DNA of 16,265 nucleotides, taken from positions 1 to 16,265 of the forward strand of contig JBNKNM010000118.1 of NCBI GenBank assembly GCA_050293845.1, in the 5' to 3' direction. Below, one piece after another: positions 1 to 8,266 of this stretch. Numbering within the stretch: the stretch's first letter is position 1; every line of letters begins with the position of its first letter. The notes beneath the pieces are model-generated. The model had not been told where the DNA came from and did no database searches. It saw only the letters and a program-made list of their open reading frames with translations. Origin of the DNA: Pseudobacteriovorax sp. Its GTDB lineage: Bacteria > Bdellovibrionota_B > Oligoflexia > Oligoflexales > Oligoflexaceae. Made by a program: the position numbers and the translations under genes.

Positions 1-187
1 TAAGATTTTCGTAGAGGCCGCTTAAATCTTCGAAATTTATTTTTATATATGGAGTTGGATAATCCTTCTCAAGAAGAGTTCTAAGTTCTAAAATGTCATT
101 TACGACTACATATTTTTTTTCCCTCTTAAGACCAACTTTACAACCAAAAAGACTAGTTATCATAAGCAACATATAAATTTTTCTCAA
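1..187 (-). CDS. Putative lipoprotein, 5' part only (continues beyond the left edge)
   Basis: Manual translation from TTG at 187, with GGAG 7 nt upstream: MRKIYMLLMITSLFG-C-KVGLKREKKYVVVNDILELRTLLEKDYPTPYIKINFEDLSGLYENL..., open to position 1. Basic N-terminus, hydrophobic core and LFGC lipobox-like motif. Not in the ORF track because there is no stop in the window. Confidence 0.65.
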   Translation of the reverse strand, partial: MRKIYMLLMITSLFGCKVGLKREKKYVVVNDILELRTLLEKDYPTPYIKINFEDLSGLYENL

Positions 188-401
188 AGCGGAACTCCAG
201 ATCAGCATTATTATTCTGCAACAGTAAGAAGAATTTGGAATTGGGTTATTGCTTGCGAAAGTTCATTTCAATCTCAACTTTGGAAGTAACCACAATTCTA
301 CATGCCTCATAAGCAATAAACATTCCAAAAAAATAGCTTATATTTTCCGCTATTTATAACTATGTACATTATTCTAGAGAAATGCAGCTGTAAGTGTATC
401 A

Positions 402-461
402 TTCGGCAGTTGGAAATTTGATAAATCGGATAATTTAATGTCAACTCTGTTAATCAAGAAA
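402..461. repeat. 60-bp imperfect direct repeat, copy 1
   Basis: ttcggcagttggaaatttgataaatcggataatttaatgtcaactctgttaatcaagaaa aligns ungapped with 1848-1907 at 52/60 identity (counted by hand). Confidence 0.9.
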
Positions 462-913
462 AATTCGTTATCGTTTAGCAAATTGCTATGCTTTTTTGTT
501 TAATATTTGAGTAGCTATCTAAATTTGGCCTTACTATACCCTAGGCTCAGCTCTAAGCTTCTTGTAAAATCTGATTGTGTTTTGCAATCAGGTAAAACCA
601 TAAATAGCTGTGGCTTCTTCACCGAATGCCCTAATTATTATTATCCAACAGGCGAAGAAATTTTTTACTGAGCCAGGGAAGCGGGTTGTAATTGACTCCA
701 GTTTTTTTAAAGCGGACGCATCTATCGAGTCACTCCGCCTCAATGTTGATTTCAGATTGCAAAACAAGAAAAAAAAGTAATACGACGCATACAAGCTCCA
801 CAGATCCAGATGCTAATGCAAATACTGCCATCAAATTAGGCAGTTTTTCGACAATCCCGTACATTAGTTGATATTCATAGTATACGCTTGGATACCGATT
901 TTTACTAAATTAG

Positions 914-940
914 TTAAAATTATTACATAAATACCGACAT
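914..940 (+). promoter_or_regulatory. Possible sigma-28 (FliA)-type promoter
   Basis: TTAAA-N14-ACCGACAT, ending 21 nt before the ATG of the 962 lipoprotein ORF; degenerate match to TAAA-N15-GCCGATAA. Confidence 0.4.
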
Positions 941-961
941 GTACTATAAAAAGCCATCTTT

Positions 962-1147
962 ATGGCTTATTTCCTCTTTATCTTTCTTCTTCTATTAGGT
1001 TGCTCTGACAATGAGGATACTGATTCAGTAAACAATTCTCTAACTGAGACATGTATTCAACAAGGAGCGACTGTCGGGCGACAATTCAATATATTAAGTT
1101 ATATTAGTCACATAGGGATAAACTATACATCAGGCATGCAAAGTTAA
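962..1147 (+). CDS. Small putative lipoprotein (61 aa), possibly truncated
   Basis: MAYFLFIFLLLLG-C-SDNEDTDS: hydrophobic signal, LLGC lipobox and acidic linker. Very short mature part and no clear RBS. Confidence 0.5.
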   Translation: MAYFLFIFLLLLGCSDNEDTDSVNNSLTETCIQQGATVGRQFNILSYISHIGINYTSGMQS

Positions 1148-1317
1148 CTTCTTTGCGAGTCAGCGGAGGGGGCGCAAATTGCAAGACGGGGTGCCTCCTA
1201 ATGCCTCCTACTTTTAATTGCCTTAGTGGTTGAGTGAATCTATCAGTACTTGGGTTAACAAGAGACTTAATTGAGTCCAGAAAAAATCAAACTGAAATGG
1301 AATAGAATGGAGTTAAA

Positions 1318-1833
1318 ATGAAATTCACAACAAAATCAGCATTTACCTTAGCTTTGGTATTATCAGCTAATAGTTATGGAGCCGTAGAAAATAGTTTCAC
1401 TCTAAGAGGTGGACTAGCAGTGAGTGATGTTGAAATTCTAGACGAGAACTTATCAGGAGTAAGTTTAGAGGGTAGCTACGGTTTTGCTCCCAATGTTGAA
1501 GCAGGAATAGGTATAACATCGTTGAGTTCGTCTGCAAGTGGAGTGGAAGTATCTGTAACGACCCTAAGTGCTTTTGTAAAAGGAAGTCTGGACGTTTCAC
1601 CAAAGATTTCCGTTTTCGGCCAGCTAGCACTGACACACAATGAAGTGAAAGCGGAAGCGTTCGGATTTACTGCAACAGAAGATGAGCCTGGATATGATCT
1701 AGGACTAGGTGCACAAATAGCATTTAGTGAAAAGTGGTCTGCGCAATTGATAAATAAATGGAGATACCTTGACGGTGATTCTTCTAGCGGTGAAGTAAGA
1801 GAAACCTCTGCACTGTTGGGATATACTTTCTAA
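1318..1833 (+). CDS. Small outer-membrane beta-barrel protein (OMP_b-brl / OmpA-membrane-domain-like)
   Basis: Signal peptide ending ...SANSYG/A, alternating amphipathic beta-strands (LEGSYGF, GYDLGLGAQIAF) and C-terminal BAM-type signature LGYTF. GGAG RBS upstream. Confidence 0.85.
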   Translation: MKFTTKSAFTLALVLSANSYGAVENSFTLRGGLAVSDVEILDENLSGVSLEGSYGFAPNVEAGIGITSLSSSASGVEVSVTTLSAFVKGSLDVSPKISVFGQLALTHNEVKAEAFGFTATEDEPGYDLGLGAQIAFSEKWSAQLINKWRYLDGDSSSGEVRETSALLGYTF

Positions 1834-1847
1834 GAATCTATCTGTCT

Positions 1848-1907
1848 TTCGGCAGTGAGAAATTTCATGAGTCGGATATTTTAATGACAACTCTGTTGAT
1901 CAAGAAA
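1848..1907. repeat. 60-bp imperfect direct repeat, copy 2
   Basis: ttcggcagtgagaaatttcatgagtcggatattttaatgacaactctgttgatcaagaaa; 52/60 identical to 402-461; begins 14 nt after the OMP stop codon. Confidence 0.9.
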
Positions 1908-2161
1908 GTATCAGTGAACTCCAAAGTTTCATCGTCCCGAGTGGCCTGGGCTCAAATCCGCCACAGCGCGAAGCTGGCTAGAATATGGGGTGAAATTTCC
2001 AGCGGTCTATCCAAAAAACTGGGATGTAGAGTCACTCCAACTAAGCCACTGCACACCCTAAAAGAAACCAGACTTGCTTTGGAACTGTTCTACAAACCAT
2101 ACAAGATACTATTATTACAGGGATAAAGCCAATATCTGGTTCTCAGTTCGCAGATAAAAAT

Positions 2162-3418
2162 TTAGAATAAATTAGTGTTTTCAAAGTCTGATAGGCGCAA
2201 CTTGTCTAATCTTGCTTCCATTCCATAAGTCCGGTAGATACGCTCAGCTTTTTTCTGAGCCATCAAGGCCTCTTCTTTATGACCTTGCAATAAGCAAAGA
2301 TTCCTTTTTTCTATCCAAAAACTTCCTCTCACGGGAGGGTCATTTTTTAGCAAGAGAGCCTTAGTGATAAGGCTGCTAGCTTTGTCATAATCTGCTGCCA
2401 AGCGATAGACCCTAGCGCCATAAAGATAAAAAATGGATGGCGTGATATCTTTATCTTCCGCTTCTCGGATAGCAGTTTCGTATGTAGTTATCGATTTTTT
2501 ACTCCCGCTTTTTCGAGCTTCAATCTCTGCTTCTCGTAAATCAGCATTAATCTTTACAGCAAGAAGTGGAGTTTTGATTAAATGTTGTCTGGAAATTGAG
2601 TTGGCTTTTTGAGCCTCGCTAAGATGGTTAAGCTCTATGAGAACATCACAATGGAACCCCCACATGGTGGCGAGTATATTGTTTCGCCTGATTTGTTCAA
2701 ATCTTTGAAGTATAGGAGATTCAAGTTGAGATTGCAACAGTTGAGCTGACTCCTCAATGCGACCATAGTAACACAAGGCATTGCATAGGTAGCTCCGGGC
2801 ATGAAAAGTCTCTATCTCGTTATCACTGCTTTCAATCACTTTCTTTAGCTGAACTAGCGCATTGGATACATCGCCTGACAAGAGCTCAAGGAGTGAGTAA
2901 TTGATCCTTGCTTTATATTCATCGGTTTTAGATTTAACTTCAATCGCAATTTCAATGGACCTTTGGACACATTTTTTTGCCTCAGAATATTTTTGTTGCT
3001 TCCAGAGGCTCGAGGATAGCCTAGTATACAGCTGACTTAGTAAATTCTTAGGCAAATCTGGGTGGATAAGGGCTTTTAATATCTTTTCTGCCAGAAGAAA
3101 ATCTTCTGTGGCAGCTAGAAGAGTGATTAAGTCCCGTTCCACTATCAGTTCAGCGGCACTTTGACGGTCTTTTTTGCTTGACCCTACGATAGGCTCTTCA
3201 GGAATAATGATGGAATCTCGATCCACTTCTAGAATGCTTATTAAACTTTCTAGATTAACTTCTTGAATTTTTTTTACTCGTCCTGAAAGCCACCGCGAAA
3301 CAGTTCCCCTGTCTACTTTCATCTGCTCGGCTATCCACCACACCCGCAGCTCGGACTCCTTGATTACAGACTTGAGCTTTACGGGGTCAATCAGATATTT
3401 TTTTTGATGCAATCCCAT
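2162..3418 (-). CDS. XRE-family helix-turn-helix regulator with C-terminal TPR-like helical repeats
   Basis: N-terminal HTH (WWIAEQMKVDRGTVSRWLSG...NLESLISILEV) followed by TPR-like units (LSSSLWKQQKYSEAKKCVQRSIEIA; LCNALCYYGRIEESAQLL; GARVYRLAADYDKASSLITKALLL). AAAGG RBS upstream. Confidence 0.8.
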   Translation of the reverse strand: MGLHQKKYLIDPVKLKSVIKESELRVWWIAEQMKVDRGTVSRWLSGRVKKIQEVNLESLISILEVDRDSIIIPEEPIVGSSKKDRQSAAELIVERDLITLLAATEDFLLAEKILKALIHPDLPKNLLSQLYTRLSSSLWKQQKYSEAKKCVQRSIEIAIEVKSKTDEYKARINYSLLELLSGDVSNALVQLKKVIESSDNEIETFHARSYLCNALCYYGRIEESAQLLQSQLESPILQRFEQIRRNNILATMWGFHCDVLIELNHLSEAQKANSISRQHLIKTPLLAVKINADLREAEIEARKSGSKKSITTYETAIREAEDKDITPSIFYLYGARVYRLAADYDKASSLITKALLLKNDPPVRGSFWIEKRNLCLLQGHKEEALMAQKKAERIYRTYGMEARLDKLRLSDFENTNLF

Positions 3419-3483
3419 TAACCTTTCTCAACAAATATCGAAGTTTCAATACAAGACTGATACCTAAAGTTAGATTAAAGAAT

Positions 3484-3724
3484 TCAATACCTTAAACCAT
3501 TCAATTTTCCAAGCCAGTGCATGAAAAGACACACTGAATGAGAGACCTGATGGCTGCTACTACCATGAGTATCCCAGCAAGAAAAGCGTTTAAGCAAGTA
3601 CCCCCCCAAAAACAAACTAACCCAAAGGAAAAACAGGATGGGTCGATAGCCCAGACAGCAAAACAAGCCATATCGACGTTAGGTTTAGAGATAAGCCCCA
3701 AAGTTCTTGCCCCTTTCTTATCAT
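3484..3724 (-). pseudogene. Possible frameshifted small membrane protein, or a 35-aa hydrophobic peptide ORF (3617-3724)
   Basis: ATG at 3724 gives MIRKGQELWGLSLNLTSIWLVLLSGLSTHPVFPLG*. Hydrophobic segments continue in the other two minus frames (LWVSLFLGGYLL; NAFLAGILMVVAAI; VCLFMHWLGKL) around T5/G7 homopolymer runs. Confidence 0.3.
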
Positions 3725-3941
3725 GTGCCTAGTCTCGTCGTCTTAGGGGCTGTCCAGAACCCTTTGAACCCTAAACCGACTCTTATCCAACAGTAGTTTG
3801 AATCTGCACTAACATTAACTGTTCACAAGGCAGAAAGCTGACTATGATTGAATGTCTGTTGAAAACGCTAGTCCTCATATAAAGCACTAAGAAATGTAAT
3901 GCAAACAATTGCAATTCATTCTCTTTTCGATATTTTTGTGA

Positions 3942-3968
3942 TCAAGTTCAAGTGCATTGTGCCGATAA
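3942..3968 (+). promoter_or_regulatory. Sigma-28 (FliA)-type promoter
   Basis: TCAAG-N14-GCCGATAA (perfect -10 box), ending 28 nt before ATG 3997. Confidence 0.75.
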
Positions 3969-3996
3969 CATGCAGAACAAAAGAGGGGGCGTAATC

Positions 3997-4467
3997 ATGA
4001 AGGCCTTGAGCATCATAGTGATTACTTGCTGGGGATGCGATCACTCTTCAGCCACATCAGTTGATCAGATTGTGATGGATAACTGTGTCCAACACCCTGT
4101 TAGCCTCTTTCTAGAGGAATATACATACAATACCAGACTTTATAAATTTGGTCCCCAAGATCAAGAGTTTAGAGACATTCTTACCCAACTGACAAAGCAA
4201 TATCATCTAACAGGCAAAGATCTGGATGGCAACCAAAAATATGGACTTGTCTCAAAGTATGTTCCGCATTATATGGAGGCCTGCCAAAATTTTTTCGCTC
4301 CGATCTCCAGCCACTGTTCGCAGTTTAACATTAATTCTTATGAATTTGATCGATGCATCGAACCTTATAATGAAGCATACCAATACCAATTCAAAGAAAA
4401 CTTCCAATTAGCAGGGGCAGCACTTTTAGATCTGGAATCTATAACTTTTATTCCAATAACCCCTTAA
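3997..4467 (+). CDS. Cys-containing putative lipoprotein of unknown function
   Basis: Likely true start is ATG 3997 (GAGGGGG RBS; the promoter overlaps the GTG 3952 extension). MKALSIIVITCWG-C signal plus four further Cys in a helical-looking domain. Confidence 0.7.
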   Translation: MKALSIIVITCWGCDHSSATSVDQIVMDNCVQHPVSLFLEEYTYNTRLYKFGPQDQEFRDILTQLTKQYHLTGKDLDGNQKYGLVSKYVPHYMEACQNFFAPISSHCSQFNINSYEFDRCIEPYNEAYQYQFKENFQLAGAALLDLESITFIPITP

Positions 4468-4478
4468 TTTTAAAAACA

Positions 4479-5261
4479 TTACAGGGTAGATAGCGGGTCG
4501 GTAAATACAAAAGCCTTCCCGGTGCTATTGAATGGACCTTCGACAACCTCAAAGTGCTGGATGGCTGCTACCTTATTAAAAATCATCCTTAGTATCCATT
4601 GTTGGCCATCTATAGTAATGTGGAAAAATTCACCTTCGATTTTAAAATTCTCAGAGACTAAACCTATCACAAAATCAGGCACCCCAGCACACACGTCATT
4701 ATTATAAATTTCATTTTGGGCTACAGGCACAATCTCTGTTCCTGCTTCTTCTTGGATCAACCTGATAGCAAGGTGGAAAGATTCCCTATCGTCGATGAAC
4801 TCACAATCGGATTTAAACGTATGATTTACTATTTTGGGATATCCCTGAATCCACTTATATACTCGCTCTTGATCTTCCACTACCGCATTACTATCAATTC
4901 CTCGGAGACATAATTGAACCGGAGCATGATAGTTTGTAAAATCTAGTTGCAATGGATCTTCGGGAAAATGTTGTTCAAATTCGCCCTCGCATCCTATTCG
5001 GTACTCAATATAATCCAAACCCACATAGCCAAACGAAAGCTCTAAGACTGCTTCGCGAAAAATATCAGTGGGAACTCCCTCAATACTATAGTTGGCAGTA
5101 AAACCTTTATCTTGGGACTCCTTCTCTATTTCGGCTGATTGAAGATCTTCATGGGTAATGCTAGTAATCTCCTGATCTAACTGGGGGTCTTCTAAAGTAG
5201 GTCGTGACTCCCCACAAGAAAAACTAAACATTATGAGAAGTAAGATAAAATACCTTGTCAT
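4479..5261 (-). CDS. Putative lipoprotein with beta-rich extracellular domain
   Basis: MTRYFILLLIMFSFS-C-GES lipobox, acidic linker, and a beta-rich module with paired Cys (YRIGC...VQLCLRGID...Q...YKW). AAGGAAG RBS. Confidence 0.75.
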   Translation of the reverse strand: MTRYFILLLIMFSFSCGESRPTLEDPQLDQEITSITHEDLQSAEIEKESQDKGFTANYSIEGVPTDIFREAVLELSFGYVGLDYIEYRIGCEGEFEQHFPEDPLQLDFTNYHAPVQLCLRGIDSNAVVEDQERVYKWIQGYPKIVNHTFKSDCEFIDDRESFHLAIRLIQEEAGTEIVPVAQNEIYNNDVCAGVPDFVIGLVSENFKIEGEFFHITIDGQQWILRMIFNKVAAIQHFEVVEGPFNSTGKAFVFTDPLSTL

Positions 5262-5301
5262 GAATCTAACTTCCTTAGGAAAAGATAATAGGAACTATTA
5301 C

Positions 5302-5329
5302 CTATCGGCTAAGTTAAAGCAGAGATTAA
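5302..5329 (-). promoter_or_regulatory. Sigma-28 (FliA)-type promoter
   Basis: Minus strand TTAAT-N15-GCCGATAG, 40 nt upstream of the 5261 start. Confidence 0.65.
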
Positions 5330-5453
5330 ACACAACTAGTTCAAATGACATAACCCACGACAATAATAATTATTACTTGGAGGTCATTTCTAATAAATAA
5401 GTCACACCTTGCTGCAAATGCCTCTGGATTATCCTCAAGCTAAAAACAACACA

Positions 5454-6251
5454 TCAGAGAGGACAAAAAAGATCAATATTTAGTTGATATACTCCCGTTT
5501 TTTTTACTGCCTTCGATTCCTCATGGATGGCTTGAATAAGCTTTAACACCTCAACTTTGGTTTTTGCAATGTTTACTTTATCGCAAACAAACCACCAATT
5601 ATACATAAAGTCATCAATATTAGTTTGTTGCAGTTTCTCACTGACAACACGGGTTCTTCCAGAAAGATGAAGACATTGCTCAGCTGCCGATTGGGGAGGA
5701 GGTATATAGGGAGAACTCAGACACTTGATACCGTTCTTTGTTATCTGAATAGCTTTAACACTTTTAAGGGTTTCTATAATGTAGCCCCAGCGTCCTTGAG
5801 GTATCCCAAGTACATTCCTAGCAGATTCCTGATTTTCACTGAAGCGACTGATTTGCAACAAAGCATGAACAACAGGAATATCAGGATCAGAAAAATAGCG
5901 ATCTGTTAGGGAGATAGGCAAATCTTGGTACAATCTATTTTGATTAACAATTTTTTTGCATTGCTCTTTTAAGGCATGCCTTCTCTTCGGAATTTTAGAT
6001 ATTTCAATTTCTCGAAGTAGATGGACATAATCGATTTCATCATTAGTCAAGAACAGAGCCTGGCAAACTTTATATAGCTGATCCTCATGAAGATGTTTTT
6101 TACTATTAAGCACTTGAGATAGGTAGGTGCGCGAAATACGAACCTGATCAGCAACTTTTGAGATACTTATCTCCCTGGATCGCCTTAAATCCTCGACACG
6201 CTCTTGCAATAACGTTCGGTATGCTTGATAAGAAAAAAAGTTATTTTTCAA
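5454..6251 (-). CDS. TIGR02147-like protein (N-terminal HTH + DUF4423-like C-terminal domain)
   Basis: FFSYQAYRTLL N-terminus, HTH (SKVADQVRISRTYLSQVL), L...E..Y..LL motif and C-terminal VYQLNIDLF, typical of this family. TTG start with GGGGAG RBS, overlapping the upstream paralog's end by 11 nt. Confidence 0.8.
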   Translation of the reverse strand: MKNNFFSYQAYRTLLQERVEDLRRSREISISKVADQVRISRTYLSQVLNSKKHLHEDQLYKVCQALFLTNDEIDYVHLLREIEISKIPKRRHALKEQCKKIVNQNRLYQDLPISLTDRYFSDPDIPVVHALLQISRFSENQESARNVLGIPQGRWGYIIETLKSVKAIQITKNGIKCLSSPYIPPPQSAAEQCLHLSGRTRVVSEKLQQTNIDDFMYNWWFVCDKVNIAKTKVEVLKLIQAIHEESKAVKKTGVYQLNIDLFCPL

Positions 6252-7074
6252 CGTTCTCCCCTATGACTGTAATGAGATCCGTATTAGCAAAAAAAACCTC
6301 GCTTTCTTCCTCATAAGCATGGGGATAAAAGTGTTCCTTGGCGAAATTTAATACCTTTGCCTTGGTTTTCTTTATAAAGTCTTCATTTGCAGCAAACACT
6401 AATGTCGTCACCAAATCCTCTTTTTTTTCCGGGTCCATTATACTGTCGATAACCTTCATCCGAGAATAGCATGCATTTGCCTTTGCAGAAGCATTAATCT
6501 TATAAGCAAAATATCGCTTTTTATTACGAATATAGCGATTCTTCTTTTGCTCAATGATACGACTCCTGACAAGAATATCCATAATATTTGCCATTCTAGT
6601 GAGGCTTATTCCCATCCTACAACGCAACTTTTCTATATCTCGTAGATAACAGTCCTGGGTTAAAAATGCGTCGACAATAGGTGCTAGCTTGTCCTGTAAT
6701 AATTCATCAAGGGGTGAAGGTATATCATCGATACTATCAAACGGATAATATTCAGTGGGCTTTAAATGTAGCTGTTGTATGGAAGTAATTTTCATTAGCA
6801 GATATTCACGACGTTCTTTAACTTGGCTGCGTTCATACTCTCCCAAAAGCGTGAGGAAGCTCTGCTCATCAGCATTCAGTAGCAAGTATTCTGCCAATAA
6901 AAAGAGCTGATCATTGTTCAAATTGTTTGTCCCTGACAAAACTTGCGACAAGTAAGAATCTTTCACACCGATAGCTTTTGCAAATAAGCTTTGGGACTGA
7001 TTAGCATAGTTCGCTGCATCGCGAATAAATTGCCGGTAATCTAAATACTCAAAAATCTTCAATGCTACACCCAC
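6241..7074 (-). CDS. TIGR02147-like protein (N-terminal HTH + DUF4423-like C-terminal domain)
   Basis: IFEYLDYRQFI N-terminus, HTH (SLFAKAIGVKDSYLSQVL) and C-terminal VFFANTDLI; clearly paralogous to 5454-6251. Exact start (GTG 7074 or a downstream TTG) is uncertain. Confidence 0.8.
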   Translation of the reverse strand: MGVALKIFEYLDYRQFIRDAANYANQSQSLFAKAIGVKDSYLSQVLSGTNNLNNDQLFLLAEYLLLNADEQSFLTLLGEYERSQVKERREYLLMKITSIQQLHLKPTEYYPFDSIDDIPSPLDELLQDKLAPIVDAFLTQDCYLRDIEKLRCRMGISLTRMANIMDILVRSRIIEQKKNRYIRNKKRYFAYKINASAKANACYSRMKVIDSIMDPEKKEDLVTTLVFAANEDFIKKTKAKVLNFAKEHFYPHAYEEESEVFFANTDLITVIGENVEK

Positions 7075-7182
7075 CTATAGTTACGCTGAACCCGGTACCT
7101 TTGGTACCAGGCGCATTATGCAATATTTGATAGGTTCAGAGTAGAAATAATCAGAAACGAGCAAAAAAAGACTGAGGCAGCC

Positions 7183-8010
7183 TTAAGGACGGGGAAGTAA
7201 GCAGCCTGCCAAGTTCAAATCTAGTTCACCTGACTCATCACGACAGCTGTAAAGCCAAAAGATTTGCTGCCCATAATTCTGGCCTTTTTCATAATACACA
7301 TCGCCGTTATCATCGATCTCACAAGGGTTGTTTAGAGTGCAGCGCATTCCGGACTCATTTCCCGTATTGTTAATAGCAATAGCAGTTCTGGTTCCCGCCA
7401 AAATAATAGGAGACCCTGAGGTTCCGCCAATGACTTCACAACCCGGCTGCGTATAACGAAGAGAATCTTTAAAAGTCCAGTTACCTTCTTTTAATTGGAA
7501 AACTTTCTTATCGATGGAACAGCTATAGCCCCTCTTCCAGTATCCTGAAATTATGTCAATGGGATCACCTTCTTGAGGCTCTTCACGGCTGATGGTCAGA
7601 GGTCTTACATCGAAGCGGCTTTCGATATCGGCATAACTACTCTGTAATTCATAAAGAGCCATATCAGTATCCGTCATAGTAGCAAATAATAGCCTTGTTG
7701 AACGAACGGAACCGAGGGTTGAGCCAGAAGGGCTGAGGAATTGAAACCTACGTCGTGAAGTCCGATTTACTAGAACAACTCCTGGGTCCAAAAAGCCTAC
7801 ACAGTGGCCATTGGTCATGATCAATCCTGGATCTGTATCTTCACTATCATCATATCTCACCAAGCTAGCAGAACAATTTGAAGCCGCGACAATACCTTCA
7901 AAGTCATATTCTGGCAGCAATTGAACAGTCGGCTCACCGATTACAGGTAGACCGAAGCCAAAGGCGCTAACTTCAAAAAAAAATCCCAACAAAATCCAAA
8001 AACGGATCAT
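7183..8010 (-). CDS. Secreted trypsin-like (S1/PA clan) serine protease
   Basis: Signal peptide (...EVSAFG); catalytic triad motifs TNGHC (His), TDMAL (Asp) and GGTSGSP (Ser); several Cys. GGAGGA RBS. Confidence 0.9.
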   Translation of the reverse strand: MIRFWILLGFFFEVSAFGFGLPVIGEPTVQLLPEYDFEGIVAASNCSASLVRYDDSEDTDPGLIMTNGHCVGFLDPGVVLVNRTSRRRFQFLSPSGSTLGSVRSTRLLFATMTDTDMALYELQSSYADIESRFDVRPLTISREEPQEGDPIDIISGYWKRGYSCSIDKKVFQLKEGNWTFKDSLRYTQPGCEVIGGTSGSPIILAGTRTAIAINNTGNESGMRCTLNNPCEIDDNGDVYYEKGQNYGQQIFWLYSCRDESGELDLNLAGCLLPRP

Positions 8011-8266
8011 ACTTTCCTCCAGAACTATAACATTGTGAAACTAAAAATTAATTTTTGAAGAAGAAAACTTATTTGGTCAATTTAGATTTAATTGATATCA
8101 ATATGCAGGTTCGGGATAGTAATATAGCAATATAGTTAAATAGTAATCTTAAGAGATTTTAAATTTCCTTTGATAGGTAAAAAACAGTAGGTTAGATTGC
8201 TAGTTGAAACGCGCTGCATCAGCAGTTTGGAAACCTCGCAGCTAATAATTTTGGAGTCGATAACCT

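Noticed and set aside
553..864. Minus-strand frame from ATG 864 (44-aa hydrophobic ORF, then stops at 732, 633, 621) read as a pseudogene or stop-codon readthrough; also track ORF 588-794
   Set aside because: Three internal stops of mixed type in 104 codons is weak evidence, no family is recognisable, and other genes in the window terminate normally at TGA/TAG.
1141..1200. Partial resemblance to a c-di-GMP-I riboswitch (stem followed by GGCGCAAA) upstream of the OMP gene
   Set aside because: No GNRA tetraloop on the stem, no recognisable tetraloop receptor or P3, and the stem relies on many G-U pairs. An Infernal search with the Rfam c-di-GMP-I model would be decisive.
1192..1210. Tandem tgcctccta x2
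   Set aside because: Two 9-nt copies only; no supporting context.
402..1907. 60-bp repeats interpreted as CRISPR repeats or integron attC sites
   Set aside because: Only two copies, 1.4 kb apart; no RYYYAAC...GTTRRRY ends, no conserved long palindrome, and no cas or integrase gene in the window.
1884..2126. 80-aa plus-strand ORF and GC-richer hairpin-like stretch (GCGAAGC mini-hairpin near 1968) as a gene, REP or IS remnant
   Set aside because: No RBS or recognisable motif, single copy, and no terminal inverted repeats or transposase similarity visible.
3952..3996. GTG 3952 start given in the ORF track
   Set aside because: It overlaps the sigma-28 promoter; ATG 3997 has the RBS and yields a proper signal peptide.
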